From positions 73,598,010-73,636,757 of the forward strand of contig NC_057718.1 in NCBI RefSeq assembly GCF_004010195.1: a stretch of 38,748 nt of DNA, given 5' to 3'. A program made the position numbers and the translations under genes. Each line of letters begins with the position of its first letter. Position 1 is the stretch's first letter. Positions 1 to 10,469 of the stretch are shown piece after piece. Below the pieces are notes generated by a model that was given only the letters and a program-made list of their open reading frames with translations, made no database searches and was not told where the DNA came from. Source of the stretch: Chiloscyllium plagiosum. Lineage: Eukaryota.

Positions 1-188
1 GTGCTCCGGTTTCCTCCCACAGTCCAAAGATGTGCAGGTCAGGTGAATTGGCCATGCTAAATTGCCCGTAGTGTTAGGTAAGGGGTAAATGTAGGGGTAT
101 GGGTGGGTTGCGCTTCGGCGGGTCGGTGTGGACTTGTTGGGCCGAAGGGCCTGTTTCCACACTGTAATGTAATCTAATCTAATCTAAT
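1..188 (+). mobile_element. V-SINE (HE1-like), 3' part, cut by window edge
   Basis: Core GGTTTCCTCCCACAGTCCAAAGATGTGCAGG, CR1-like 3' end GGGCCGAAGGGCCTGTTTCCACACTGTA and (TCTAA)n tail; matches the copies at 10804 and 13087. Confidence 0.9.
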
Positions 189-463
189 ATATCCCATTTA
201 TTAGTGGAAAAAGTTCCCAGGTAGTTCCTTTGGGAAACAAATTGCTGAAGGTGCTAGCAAAGGTGGAGATTCATTCAGATAAATAAAAACTGAAAAGCTC
301 AAAGCTGATATCCTATAATAAACTTCCAGGCAAACTTTAATGGCGGCTAAAAATGGCCATGGGAATCTTGATGTATGATTAATCCGTATTAAATCTAGTT
401 TCTATTTAACCCAGCTCAGGCATGATAAACGTCCTATTCTTTTGCTAATGGTGTAGGTGTGAT

Positions 464-668
464 TGTAATGAGGTCAGCCAGGTAGACTGCATAGAATACG
501 AGTTCCCCAATTGGACCAGGTTAACAGTACTAATCAGGGAGCCTGGGTTGACAGGTTCTGGTCACTCTGAGAGCTGGCTGTCAGGAAACTGGATCAGTGT
601 CAAGGACTCTCCACGTGTAAATAAAAGGTTACTTGGCGATGGAATGCTGCCCTCTGTGGAGTTGATTA
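464..668 (+). mobile_element. Putative 5' LTR of a Gypsy retrotransposon
   Basis: Starts TGTAATG, contains AATAAA (620-625), and is immediately followed by a PBS-like sequence and gag-pol remnants. Confidence 0.65.
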
Positions 669-669
669 G

Positions 670-679
670 TGGTGATGAG
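670..679 (+). promoter_or_regulatory. Degenerate primer-binding site (tRNA-Ser GCT type)
   Basis: TGGTGATGAG equals TGGCGACGAG with two CpG-type transitions; TGGCGACGAG is complementary to the 3' end of tRNA-Ser(GCT). Confidence 0.55.
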
Positions 680-2826
680 TTTGGTATTAATGATGTAATC
701 ATACAAGAGTGCATACTAGTTGAATGTCAACTGGACTTCAAACAGCCATTACAACTGGCTTTATCATTGGAAAATGTGGCAAGTGGAGCATATGACTTGC
801 AGGTTATTTCTACGGAAGTGGGCTCCATCGCCAGTACAACTGAGCTTGGGGGACACCATTTGTGTGAAGGCAACTGCATAGCCTCACTCAGGACATATCT
901 TGAACAGAGGGACTCTAGGTCAGCCCATGCCAAAGGCCCAAAACAAAAGCAAGCCTCAGCCAAATGTTAACAGTTTCTTCAGGATCCAGGCAGACAATTG
1001 TAATTGCTGCCAGTACTTGGCCACAAGATAGCTAAAGATTCTTACTAGACCTAAATTGAGTAAGAGAATTCTTAGGCCAGTATCCAGGAAAGTGCACACC
1101 TGGGAAGGTCCACCTGCATCTGGTTTGGAAGACTTAAGTTACTTAGCAATATCCACATCAGAACCAATCAAAATAAACATCTGGTTAAATGGTCACCCAG
1201 TTCTATTAGAAGTTGATACTGGCACAACTATTTACAGTGACTGCAGAATCAGTCTTCAACAAGTTTCAGAACTGGACTCCGACCCTAAAGTTTATGCAAG
1301 ACCTCAGTTAGAATGAGAATCTAAACTGGGAAATCTTTTCAGATTAAGGGTACAACTTCGGTTCAGGTCTTGTTTGAGAAGCAGCTGATCCAGTTACCAC
1401 AGATTGTAGTGAAAGGCTTGGGCCCAAGCATGCTGGCACAAAATTGGTTGAGAAAGATTCATTTAGATTGGTTCAACATTAGTTGAATAGAAAATGGTTG
1501 CCTGAGTGAAGTCTTAATTAAATACCTAGAAATTTTCAGGAAGCTCTAAGGACTATCAAGGGAGCCAAGACTACCTTGTATTTTGACCAGAAAGCAATTC
1601 CATGATTCAGCAAAGCTTGCTCAGTGCCATTTGCCTTACAGGCAAAAGTAGAGGCAGAAATCAGAAGGGTGGAATGCAAATAATTCATCAAATTAGTCCA
1701 ATTTGTAGAATGGGCAGCACCAGTCGTACCGATTGTGTTACCTAATGGATCGATATGGATCAAGTAACCATATATTTAGATGGTGTGCTGATAACAGGGA
1801 AAACCAATAAAGAGCACTTAGAGAACTTGCAACTAGTCCTTAGATGTTTCTCTCAGGCAGGTGTGCACCTTTGAAGGGAATGCATTCCAGGCACCCCAAG
1901 TGAGCTTCTTGGGTTAGAGTCAACAAGGCTGGGTTACATCCATTGGAAAATAAAGTGAAGGTGGGCAGCATGGTGGCACAGTGGTTAGCACTGCTGCCTC
2001 ACAGCGCCAGAGAGCTGTGTTCAATTCCCGCCTCAGGCAACTGTCTGTTGGTGTTTGCACATTCTCCCCATGTCTGCGTGGGTTTCCTCTGGGTGCTCCG
2101 GTTTCCTCCCACAGTCCAAAAAAAAATGTGCAGGTTAGTTGAATTGGCCATGCTAAATTGCCCGTAGTGTTAGGTGAAAGGGTAAATGTAGGGGAATGGG
2201 TCTGGGTGAGTTGCTCTTTGGAGGGTCGGTGTGGAATTGTTGGGCCGAAGGGCCTGTTTCCACACTGAGTAATCTAAAAAAGGTGCCTCAGCTCTTTTCA
2301 GTACCGGAGCTTAGATGTTTCGTTAAGCTGGTGAACTATTCCAGGAAGTTCATACATAACCTGGCCTTCATCCTGGCAATTTGCATCAACTCTTAAAAAA
2401 CAGTTAGCCTTGGGAATGTCTACATAACTAAGCCATAGCTTTCAGGGAAGTGAAGAAACAACTATCATCTTCTAAGGTGTTGGCACACTACAATCCCAAG
2501 CGGGATCAGGTATTGACATGCAATGCCTCCATCTATGGCATCGTGGTAGCCTTAGCTCATAGTTGGCCCAATGGAGAGAAACACTCAGCAGTGTCTGTAC
2601 TTAAGACTTTGGCCAATGCAGAGCACAAATATGCCCAAAATGTGAAGGGAGGTTCAGCGGTCATATTTGGAGTAAGGAAGCTCCACCAATACCTTTATGG
2701 ATGTACATTTTAATAAAAATGGACCACAAACCCCTGCTAAGTCTACTTACAAAGGACTAAGGCAGTGCCATAATAGCTTCAGGCCGAATTCAGCAGTGGA
2801 TTCTCGTACAAAGTGTATATAATTAC
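680..2826 (+). pseudogene. Gypsy gag-pol remnant, part 1 (protease, RT, RNase H), frameshifted and deleted
   Basis: Protease LEVDTGT (ORF 1056..1316); RT EWAAPVVPIV (~1708) and YLDGVLITG, a decayed YxDD (~1772); RNase H LTCNAS...AEHKYAQ...HQYLYG (2450..2713) followed by DHKPLL. Confidence 0.9.
1962..2278 (+). mobile_element. V-SINE (HE1-like) inserted in Gypsy pol
   Basis: tRNA-like head (TGGCACAGTGGTTAGCAC A box, GTTCAATTCC B box), V-core, short AATCTAA tail. Confidence 0.9.
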
Positions 2827-3048
2827 AAAGAACAAAGAAGAACAAAGAACATTTACAGCCCAGGAACAGGCCCTTCGGCCCTCCAAGCCTGAAGCGATCC
2901 AAATGTACTCTCTAAACCTGTTGGTCAATTCCTAAGCATCTGTATCTCCCCACCTACTCATGCATCTGTCCAGATGCATCTTAAATGAATCTACCGTGCC
3001 TGCCTCTACCACCTCTGCTGGCAACGCATTCCAGATGCCCACCACTCT

Positions 3049-5470
3049 CTATGTGAAGTACTTGCCATGTGTATCCCCCTTAAACTTTCCACCTCTCACC
3101 TTGAAAGCATGACCTCTCATTATTGAATCCTTCACCCTGGGAAAAAGCTTGTCTCGATCCACCCTGTCTATACCCTTCATGATTTTATAAACCTCAATCA
3201 GGTCCCCCTTCAATCCCCTTTTTTCTAATGAAAACAATTCTAACCTACTCAACCTCTCTTCATAGCTAGCACCTTCCATGCCAGGCAACATCCTCATAAA
3301 CCTTCGCTGCACCCTCTCCAAAGCATCCACATCCTTTAGGTAATGTGGCGACCAGAACTGTACACAGTATTCTAAACGCGGCCGAACCAACATCCTGTAC
3401 AATTTTAACATGACTTGCTAAATCTTATACTCAATACCCCGGGCAATGAAGGCATGCATACTTGACCTCTTGACCACTCTATCCACCTGTGCAGCAACCT
3501 TCAGGGTGGATCTGCACTCCCAGATGTCTCTGCCAATCAACTTTTCCCTAGTTGATTTTCCGTTAATTGTATAATTCGCTCTAGAATTAGTCTTGCCTAA
3601 ATGCATCACCTCACATTTGTCTGGATTGAAATCCATCTACCACTTTTTCGCCCAACTCTCCAGTCTATCTATATCCTCCTACATTCTTTGACAGTCCCTT
3701 ATGCTTTCTGCTACTCCATCTTCGTGTCATCTGCAAACTTGATGATCATACCAACAGTGCCCTCTTTATGTATATTACAAACAACAGTGGTTCCAACACC
3801 GACCCCTGTGGAACACCACTGGTCACCTTTCTCCATTTCGAGAAACCCCCCTCAACTACTATTCTCTGTAACCTGTTGCTCAACTGGTTCTTTATCCACC
3901 GAGCTAGAACACCCTGCACACCATGTGACTTCATTTTCTCCATTTGTCTACCATGGGGAACCATATCAAATGCCTTACTAAAGTCCATGTATATGACATC
4001 AAAAGCCCTTCCTTCAGCTATCAACTTGGTCACTTCCTCAAAGAACTCTATTGAGTTGGTAAGGCACGATCTCCCCCGAACAAAACTATGTTGCCCATTG
4101 CTGATAAGCGCATTCTTTTCTAAATATAAATAGATCCTATTCCACAGTACCCTCTTCAGCAACTTTCCAACCACCGACATCAGGCTTACTGGTCTGTAGT
4201 TACTCTTCTTGTACAGGGGGACAACATGAGGTCCTCCGGCACCTCACCTGTATTTAAAGATGCCACAAAGATATCTGTCAGGGCCCCAGGTATTTCCTCT
4301 CTTGCCTCCCTCAGCAACCTAGGATAGATCCCATCGGTCCTGGGGATTTATCCACCTTAATAACCTCTAGCCTACCCAGCACATCTTCCTACTTATGTCA
4401 ACATGATCCAGACTAATCAAACTTCTATCTCTAATCTCAAGATTCATGTTCCTCTCCTCAGTGAACACTGATGCAAAGTAATCATTCAAAATCTCACCCA
4501 TTCTCTCAGGTTCGACACACAGTCTTCCTTCATTATCCTTTAGTGGACCAATCCTTTCTCTAGTTACCTGCTTGCTTCTTGTATAAGAATAAAATGCTTT
4601 GGGATTCTCCTTAATTCTACTTGCTAAAACTATTTCATGACCCCTTTTAGCTCGCTTGATTCCTCGTTTAAGACTTGTCCTATTTTTCCGATATTCCTCC
4701 AGGGCCTGTTCTGTTCTTAGCTGCCTAGACCTTATGGATGCTTCCCTTTTCCTCTTGGCTAGTTGTACAATTTCTCCTGTCACCCACGGTTCACTAATCT
4801 TGCCACTATTCCCAAAGAAATCACCCACCGCAACTTCTACCACCTGTCCTGACTCATTCCCTCGTACCAGATCCAAAATAGCCCCGTCCCTTTTCGGACT
4901 ATTGACATACTGCTCTAGAAAACTCTCCTGGACGCTTCTTACAAATTCTGCCCCAACCAGACCTCTGACGCTAAGTGTATCAGAGTCAATGTTGGGAAAA
5001 TTATAATCTCCCATCACTACCACCCTATTGCCTCTACATCTCTCCATAATCTGTTTACCTATTTGTTCTTCTACCTCACGGTCACTGTTGGGAGGCCTGT
5101 AACACAGCCCCAACAATATAACTGCACCCTTCTTATTTCTCAGCTCCACCCATAATGCCTCACTACCCACGACCTCCATAGTGTCCTCCTTTAGCATGGC
5201 CGTGATATCATCCCTGACCAGCAATGCAACTCCAACCCCCCTTTTACTTCCCTCCCTGTCCTGTCTGAAGCGTCCATATCCTGGAACATTTAGTTGCCAA
5301 TCATTATGCCCTTCCTTCAACCAAGTCTCTGATTGCAATAACATCATACTCCCAGGCACCAATCCAAGCCCTAAGTTCACATGCCTTACACACTATACAC
5401 CTTGCATTAAAGTAGAGGCGTATCAGGCCACCAGTTCTTTTGCGCTTATCCACTCTCTGCCTACTCTTCT
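3049..5470 (-). pseudogene. CR1 ORF2: APE endonuclease and reverse transcriptase (disrupted)
   Basis: [38 protein letters not shown]-terminal LVRPRLEYCVQFWSP. Confidence 0.93.
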
Positions 5471-5563
5471 CTTTATTAATGCTATCTTCATGATTGTTAC
5501 AGTCTCCAGTCTCCACCTTGCTGCCTACTTGTTTTCTCTTCTGGTTCCCAGTCCCCTGCCACA

Positions 5564-6498
5564 TTAGGTTAAAACCTCCCCAACAGCAATGGCAAAAACT
5601 CCCCCAAGGACATTGGTTCCAGTCTGGTTCAGATGGAGACTGTCCATTTTGTAATTGTCCCACCTTCCCCAGAACCGGTCCCAATGTCCAACAAATCTGG
5701 ATCCCTCCCTCCTACACCATCTCTCAAGCCACGTGTTCATCCAGCCTATTTTTTCACTTCTACACTGGCTAGCACGTGGCACTGGTAGTAATCTCAAGAC
5801 CACTACCTTTGAGGTCCTCCTCTTTAACTTCTCTCCTAGCTCCCTGAATTCTTCTTTCAAGACCTTATCTCGCTTTCTACTTATATCGTTGGTGCCTATA
5901 TGCATCAAGACAACTGGCTGTTCACTCTCCCCTTTTAAAATGCTCTGCAGCTGATCAATGACATCCCTGACCCGAGCACCTGGGAGGCAACATACCATCC
6001 GGGAGTCCTGTTTTCGGCCACAGAACCGCCTATCTACTCCCCTCACAATAGAATACCCAATGACTATGGCCCTATGAGTCTTTTTCCCACCCTTCTGAAC
6101 AGCAGTGCCCACCACGGTGCCATGATCTTGACAACTGCTGCCCTCTCCTGGTGAGCCATCTCCCCCAACAGTATCCAAAACGGTATACCTGTTTTGGAGG
6201 GAGATGACCGCAGGGACACCTGTACTGCCTTCCTACTCTTTTTCTGCCTTTTGGTCACCCATTCACTGTCTCCCTCAGCAATTCTAACCTGCGGTGTGAC
6301 CAGTTCACTAAATGTGCTATCCACGACCTCCTCAGCATCGCGGATGCTCCACAGTGAGTCCACCTGCAGCTCCAGAGCCATCATGCAGTCAAACGAGAGC
6401 TGCAGTTGGACACACTTCAAGTCAGGGACATCAGACACATTCCTAAGCTCCCACATTAAGCAAGAGGCACATGCCAAGGGTCTGAGGTCCCCTGCCAT
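5564..6498 (-). pseudogene. CR1 ORF1: Cys motif, coiled coil and SGNH/GDSL esterase (frameshifted)
   Basis: CASCLMWE; IVIGYSIVRG (GDS block), CLPGARVRDV, HIGTND, MDSLHLN. Confidence 0.88.
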
Positions 6499-6751
6499 TG
6501 TAAACTTAGCTTTAAGTGAACTAACTAAAATCAAACAATACACTTAAATATGTGAAAAAGAAAGATAAGAAAGAAATAAAAGCCTTACCCTACAGAGGCT
6601 TTTTCTTCCAGTTCGAGGAGGGGGGCAGGATGGCGATACTATACGTGTAGTATCTCAGGTTTAGCTACTGCCCAAATATAAATTAAGCCCTTACCTTCCC
6701 GGCAGCCCTCACTTCACCTCACCTTCTCTCCTCGCCGCTCTGTCAAAATGG

Positions 6752-7222
6752 AAAGTTGGAACATTGTTCAGGAGTCCAAGTAGCAAATGCAGATACATTG
6801 AAACACCTCCTGCTGGTAGATACACCACCAGTGGTATTGCCACTAGAAGAGTCCATACTGGTTTTAAATTTTCTGAACACACTTTCAGTCACAGCTGATT
6901 ATATCAGACTTCCGACACAGAAAGATCCAGAACGTGCAAAACTGAACCAGCTAGTGATGATGGGGGAAATCAAAGGGCCATCACAACCAGAATTAAAACC
7001 TTTTTGGAACCCAAGTGACCAGATCACAGTAGTAGATGGCATTTTATTATGGGGAGCAAGAGTGATTATCCCAAGCAACGCTCACTGCAAGATAGTGGCT
7101 GAACTCCACCAGGGTCATCCAAGGCTGTCCAAAATGTAAGTGTTGGTGACAAGTTATGTCTGGTGGACCGGACTGGATGAAAACATAGCTGCATTGGTGG
7201 GGTAGTGCCCAGAGGGCCAACA
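6752..7222 (+). pseudogene. Gypsy pol remnant, part 2 (linker and integrase zinc-binding domain)
   Basis: EHCSG..ANADTL (decayed EHRPG..NADALS), GILLWGARVIIP, LHQGHP, SYVWWTGLD. Confidence 0.85.
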
Positions 7223-7224
7223 AT

Positions 7225-7538
7225 TTTCCTTGGGTTGGGAGACTCTTGAATCAGAGGGCACGAGTGGAGACAGATTTAAAAGGAACCTCAGGGGCAACCT
7301 TTTCAAGAAAAGGGTAGTGCCTGTATGGAATGAGCTGCCAGAGGAAGTGGTGGGGGCTGGTACAATTACAACACTTTAAAAGACAGCTGGATGGGTACAT
7401 GAATAGGAAGGGTTTAGAGGGATATTGTCCAAGTACTGACAAATGGGAGTAATTAATTTAGGATATCTGGTTGACATGGATGATTTGGACCAAAGGGTCT
7501 GTTTCCTTGCTGTACATGTCTGTGACTCTGTGAGTCTA
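7225..7538 (+). mobile_element. CR1 3' fragment
   Basis: GGCAACCTTTTC..GTATGGAATGAGCTGCCAGAGG and GACTCT-type tail; reverse complement of the element ends at 15420 and 24440. Confidence 0.85.
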
Positions 7539-7599
7539 AGAAGAAAAATTACCTCCAGCAGCTTCCCCACATTAGAATTTATGGGAAGCAAGATTAATG

Positions 7600-8075
7600 G
7601 ACAGAGAGATCAAAAGCTCATACAAATGGTGTGAGTGGAATGTTGACAGGCCAAATAATAGGTCTCTGCAGGTGATCAAGAGTGTCAGACAATATGAGTA
7701 AAGAGTCAATAGCTGAATAACAAGCAAAGGTCTAACCGAAGTAATAAGTAATACAAAATGCAAACTAATTAAGGTAGAGAGATTATAACAATTTATCAAG
7801 GCAATGGTGTCAAAACAGGACAGTAAGAAAGATTTCACAAATACAACACAGTGTCATGGGGTCACATGTAGCGTGACATGAACCCAAGATCACGGTTGAA
7901 GCCCATTGATCTCTCTGCCTGTAAATTCTGTGCCTGTGTGCTTCTCTCTCACTTAACCTCACCAAGGGGCAATGCTCCGAAATCTCATGATTTCAAATAA
8001 AACTGTTGGACTATAACCTGATGTCATCTGACTTCTGATTTTGTTGACCCCAGTCCAACACGGGCACCTTCATAC
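7600..8075. mobile_element. Penelope-like element fragment: minus-strand ORF end plus oppositely oriented terminal repeat
   Basis: Minus strand 7862-7903 reads GFNRDLGFMSRYM*, resembling the PLE GIY-YIG C-terminal GLN motif; decayed hammerhead-like motif at ~7957-7983 followed by AATAAA. Confidence 0.6.
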
Positions 8076-8630
8076 CAAACTTTGAAGGCGGGCATTAAGA
8101 AAGCCTACTGCTTTATTAGATCCACACTGTCCCAGCTCCTATTTGATTATAGGTTCACCCCCTCATGCAACTACAGGGATAGCTCCAGAAGAGTAGCTAA
8201 TGAGGAGAAGACGCCACTTCAGGTTAAATCTGACCTTCCTGGCCTGGGGTGAAGGGTGAAATGGCATCAGAAATGCAGTGCTGAGCATAAGCCTCTGCTA
8301 AGCAAGAGAGAGAGTTTATTTCAGGAGACGAAATCTGATGTAGGACCTATGGGAATGGACAGTTAAGAAGGATGGTTGACATGAGGTCAGGTCCAGTGAC
8401 ATACAAGCAGATGGACCATATGAAAGCAGCAAACTCTCAAAGGGTGTGGAGCAAAACATGCCCAGCTCCTCGATTGCGCTTCCGATTGTTCTGGAACCCA
8501 TGAGTTCTCCCCATCCATCAAGCGTTGAAGATACCTTGGAATCTGAGTTGGACAAAGTCGCTGTCACCTTGAAACCTTTACCCCCTGAAGAGGAGGATGA
8601 ATTTCTTCCGAGTCGCTCCAGGCATTAGAT
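8076..8630 (+). pseudogene. Gypsy integrase core C-terminal part and downstream region
   Basis: QTLKAGIKK, LSQLLFDYR, PHATTGIAPEE across frameshifts; no 3' LTR recognised. Confidence 0.7.
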
Positions 8631-9277
8631 CTGAGCTAAGAAGCATTACATGCCGATGTAAGGATAAAAAGTTAAACGATCTCACACAAATCTTGCAGCA
8701 TGTATTCCATATCCCATCTATTGCATTACTAGCCTCACACATTGCTCAGTGTATTCATTCCCATCATTCCTATTTAACAGCTTACGTTAATCACGATTCA
8801 TATCTGACGTTAATAACTCCATGTCCCATCCAGTTCTCATAGCATTCATGCACAGAACATTAGAAATAAAAGTAGAGCTAGACTATAAGCCACCCTTCTC
8901 TGGCACTCAGTTTGGAGAGGAGTGATAAGGTAAGGACCCTGTGACAGTCAGTCAGCATTACCAAGAGATGCAGGTGGAGTGAGGAGAGGACTTGAAGCAG
9001 GCAGTCAGCATCACTGAGAGTAATGGGTGAGGTGAGGACCCTGTGACAGATAGTTGGTATCGTTGATAGGAATGTGCAAGAGAACCAAAGCAAGCTGACA
9101 ACTGAAAGGGAAACAAGGAAAGCCATAAAAGAAAGAACAGTAAAATGCAAAAATGGTAGACAGGGTACTCAAGGGTGCAAGGCAATTGGGCCACAGTTCA
9201 AGGAAAGTTCAGACAATTGTAAAAGGGGAAAAAGTCAAGCTGAAAGGCTTTGTATCTTAAGGCACAAAACTTCAGAT

Positions 9278-10298
9278 TAATGTAATCTAATCTAATCTAA
9301 TATATCCCATTTATTAGTGGAAAAAGTTCCCAGGTAGTTCCTTTGGGAAACAAATTGCTGAAGGTGCTAGCAAAGGTGGAGATTCATTCAGATAAATAAA
9401 AACTGAAAAGCTCAAAGCTGATATCCTATAATAAACTTCCAGGCAAACTTTAATGGCGGCTAAAAATGGCCATGGGAATCTTGATGTATGATTAATCCGT
9501 ATTAAATCTAGTTTCTATTTAACCCAGCTCAGGCATGATAAACGTCCTATTCTTTTGCTAATGGTGTAGGTGTGATTGTAATGAGGTCAGCCAGGTAGAC
9601 TGCATAGAATACGAGTTCCCCAATTGGACCAGGTTAACAGTACTAATCAGGGAGCCTGGGTTGACAGGTTCTGGTCACTCTGAGAGCTGGCTGTCAGGAA
9701 ACTGGATCAGTGTCAAGGACTCTCCACGTGTAAATAAAAGGTTACTTGGCGATGGAATGCTGCCCTCTGTGGAGTTGATTAGTGGTGATGAGTTTGGTAT
9801 TAATGATGTAATCATACAAGAGTGCATACTAGTTGAATGTCAACTGGACTTCAAACAGCCATTACAACTGGCTTTATCATTGGAAAATGTGGCAAGTGGA
9901 GCATATGACTTGCAGGTTATTTCTACGGAAGTGGGCTCCATCGCCAGTACAACTGAGCTTGGGGGACACCATTTGTGTGAAGGCAACTGCATAGCCTCAC
10001 TCAGGACATATCTTGAACAGAGGGACTCTAGGTCAGCCCATGCCAAAGGCCCAAAACAAAAGCAAGCCTCAGCCAAATGTTAACAGTTTCTTCAGGATCC
10101 AGGCAGACAATTGTAATTGCTGCCAGTACTTGGCCACAAGATAGCTAAAGATTCTTACTAGACCTAAATTGAGTAAGAGAATTCTTAGGCCAGTATCCAG
10201 GAAAGTGCACACCTGGGAAGGTCCACCTGCATCTGGTTTGGAAGACTTAAGTTACTTAGCAATATCCACATCAGAACCAATCAAAATAAACATCTGGT
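9278..10298. repeat. Copy 2 of the 1021-bp duplication (SINE tail, spacer, Gypsy LTR, PBS, gag/protease start)
   Basis: No mismatch to 165-1185 seen by eye. Confidence 0.95.
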
Positions 10299-10359
10299 AA
10301 ACCTCCTCTGAACCCTCTCCAAAGCATCCACATCTTTCTTATAGAACTTCTTGGACATA

Positions 10360-10462
10360 TGGTAAGCTTTGACAAAGGGTCAGTTAGACTTGAAACGTCA
10401 GCTCTTTTCTCTCCTTATAGATGCTGCCAGACCTGCTGAGATTTTCCAGCATTTTCTCTTTG
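10360..10462 (+). mobile_element. Penelope terminal-repeat fragment with decayed minimal hammerhead motif
   Basis: AGCT-TTGACAA-AGGGTC agtta GACTT-GAAACGTC-AGCT, then AGATGCTGCCAGACCTGCTGAG shared with the copy near 30090. Confidence 0.7.
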
Positions 10463-10469
10463 GGTTTAA

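Larger units (their letters stand above)
165..1185. repeat. Copy 1 of a 1021-bp direct duplication (copy 2 at 9278-10298)
   Basis: Constant offset of 9113; ORFs 548..970/9661..10083 and 727..963/9840..10076 translate identically. Confidence 0.95.
2827..6750 (-). mobile_element. Near full-length, inactive CR1 LINE inserted in the Gypsy element
   Basis: Minus-strand order: 5'UTR, ORF1, endonuclease, RT, then (TTCTTTG)n-like tail at 2827-2850; Gypsy pol resumes at ~6752. Confidence 0.95.

Noticed and set aside
548..970. 140-aa ORF (and its twin at 9661) as a host gene
   Set aside because: Non-ATG start; it runs across LTR, PBS and deleted gag sequence.
3601..6547. Plus-strand ORFs over the CR1
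   Set aside because: Antisense shadows of CR1 ORF1 and ORF2.
9577..9781. Second LTR copy as the 3' LTR of an intact 9-kb Gypsy element
   Set aside because: It is preceded by the same upstream flank and followed by the same PBS and gag as copy 1, so it belongs to the larger duplication and is not a true 3' LTR.
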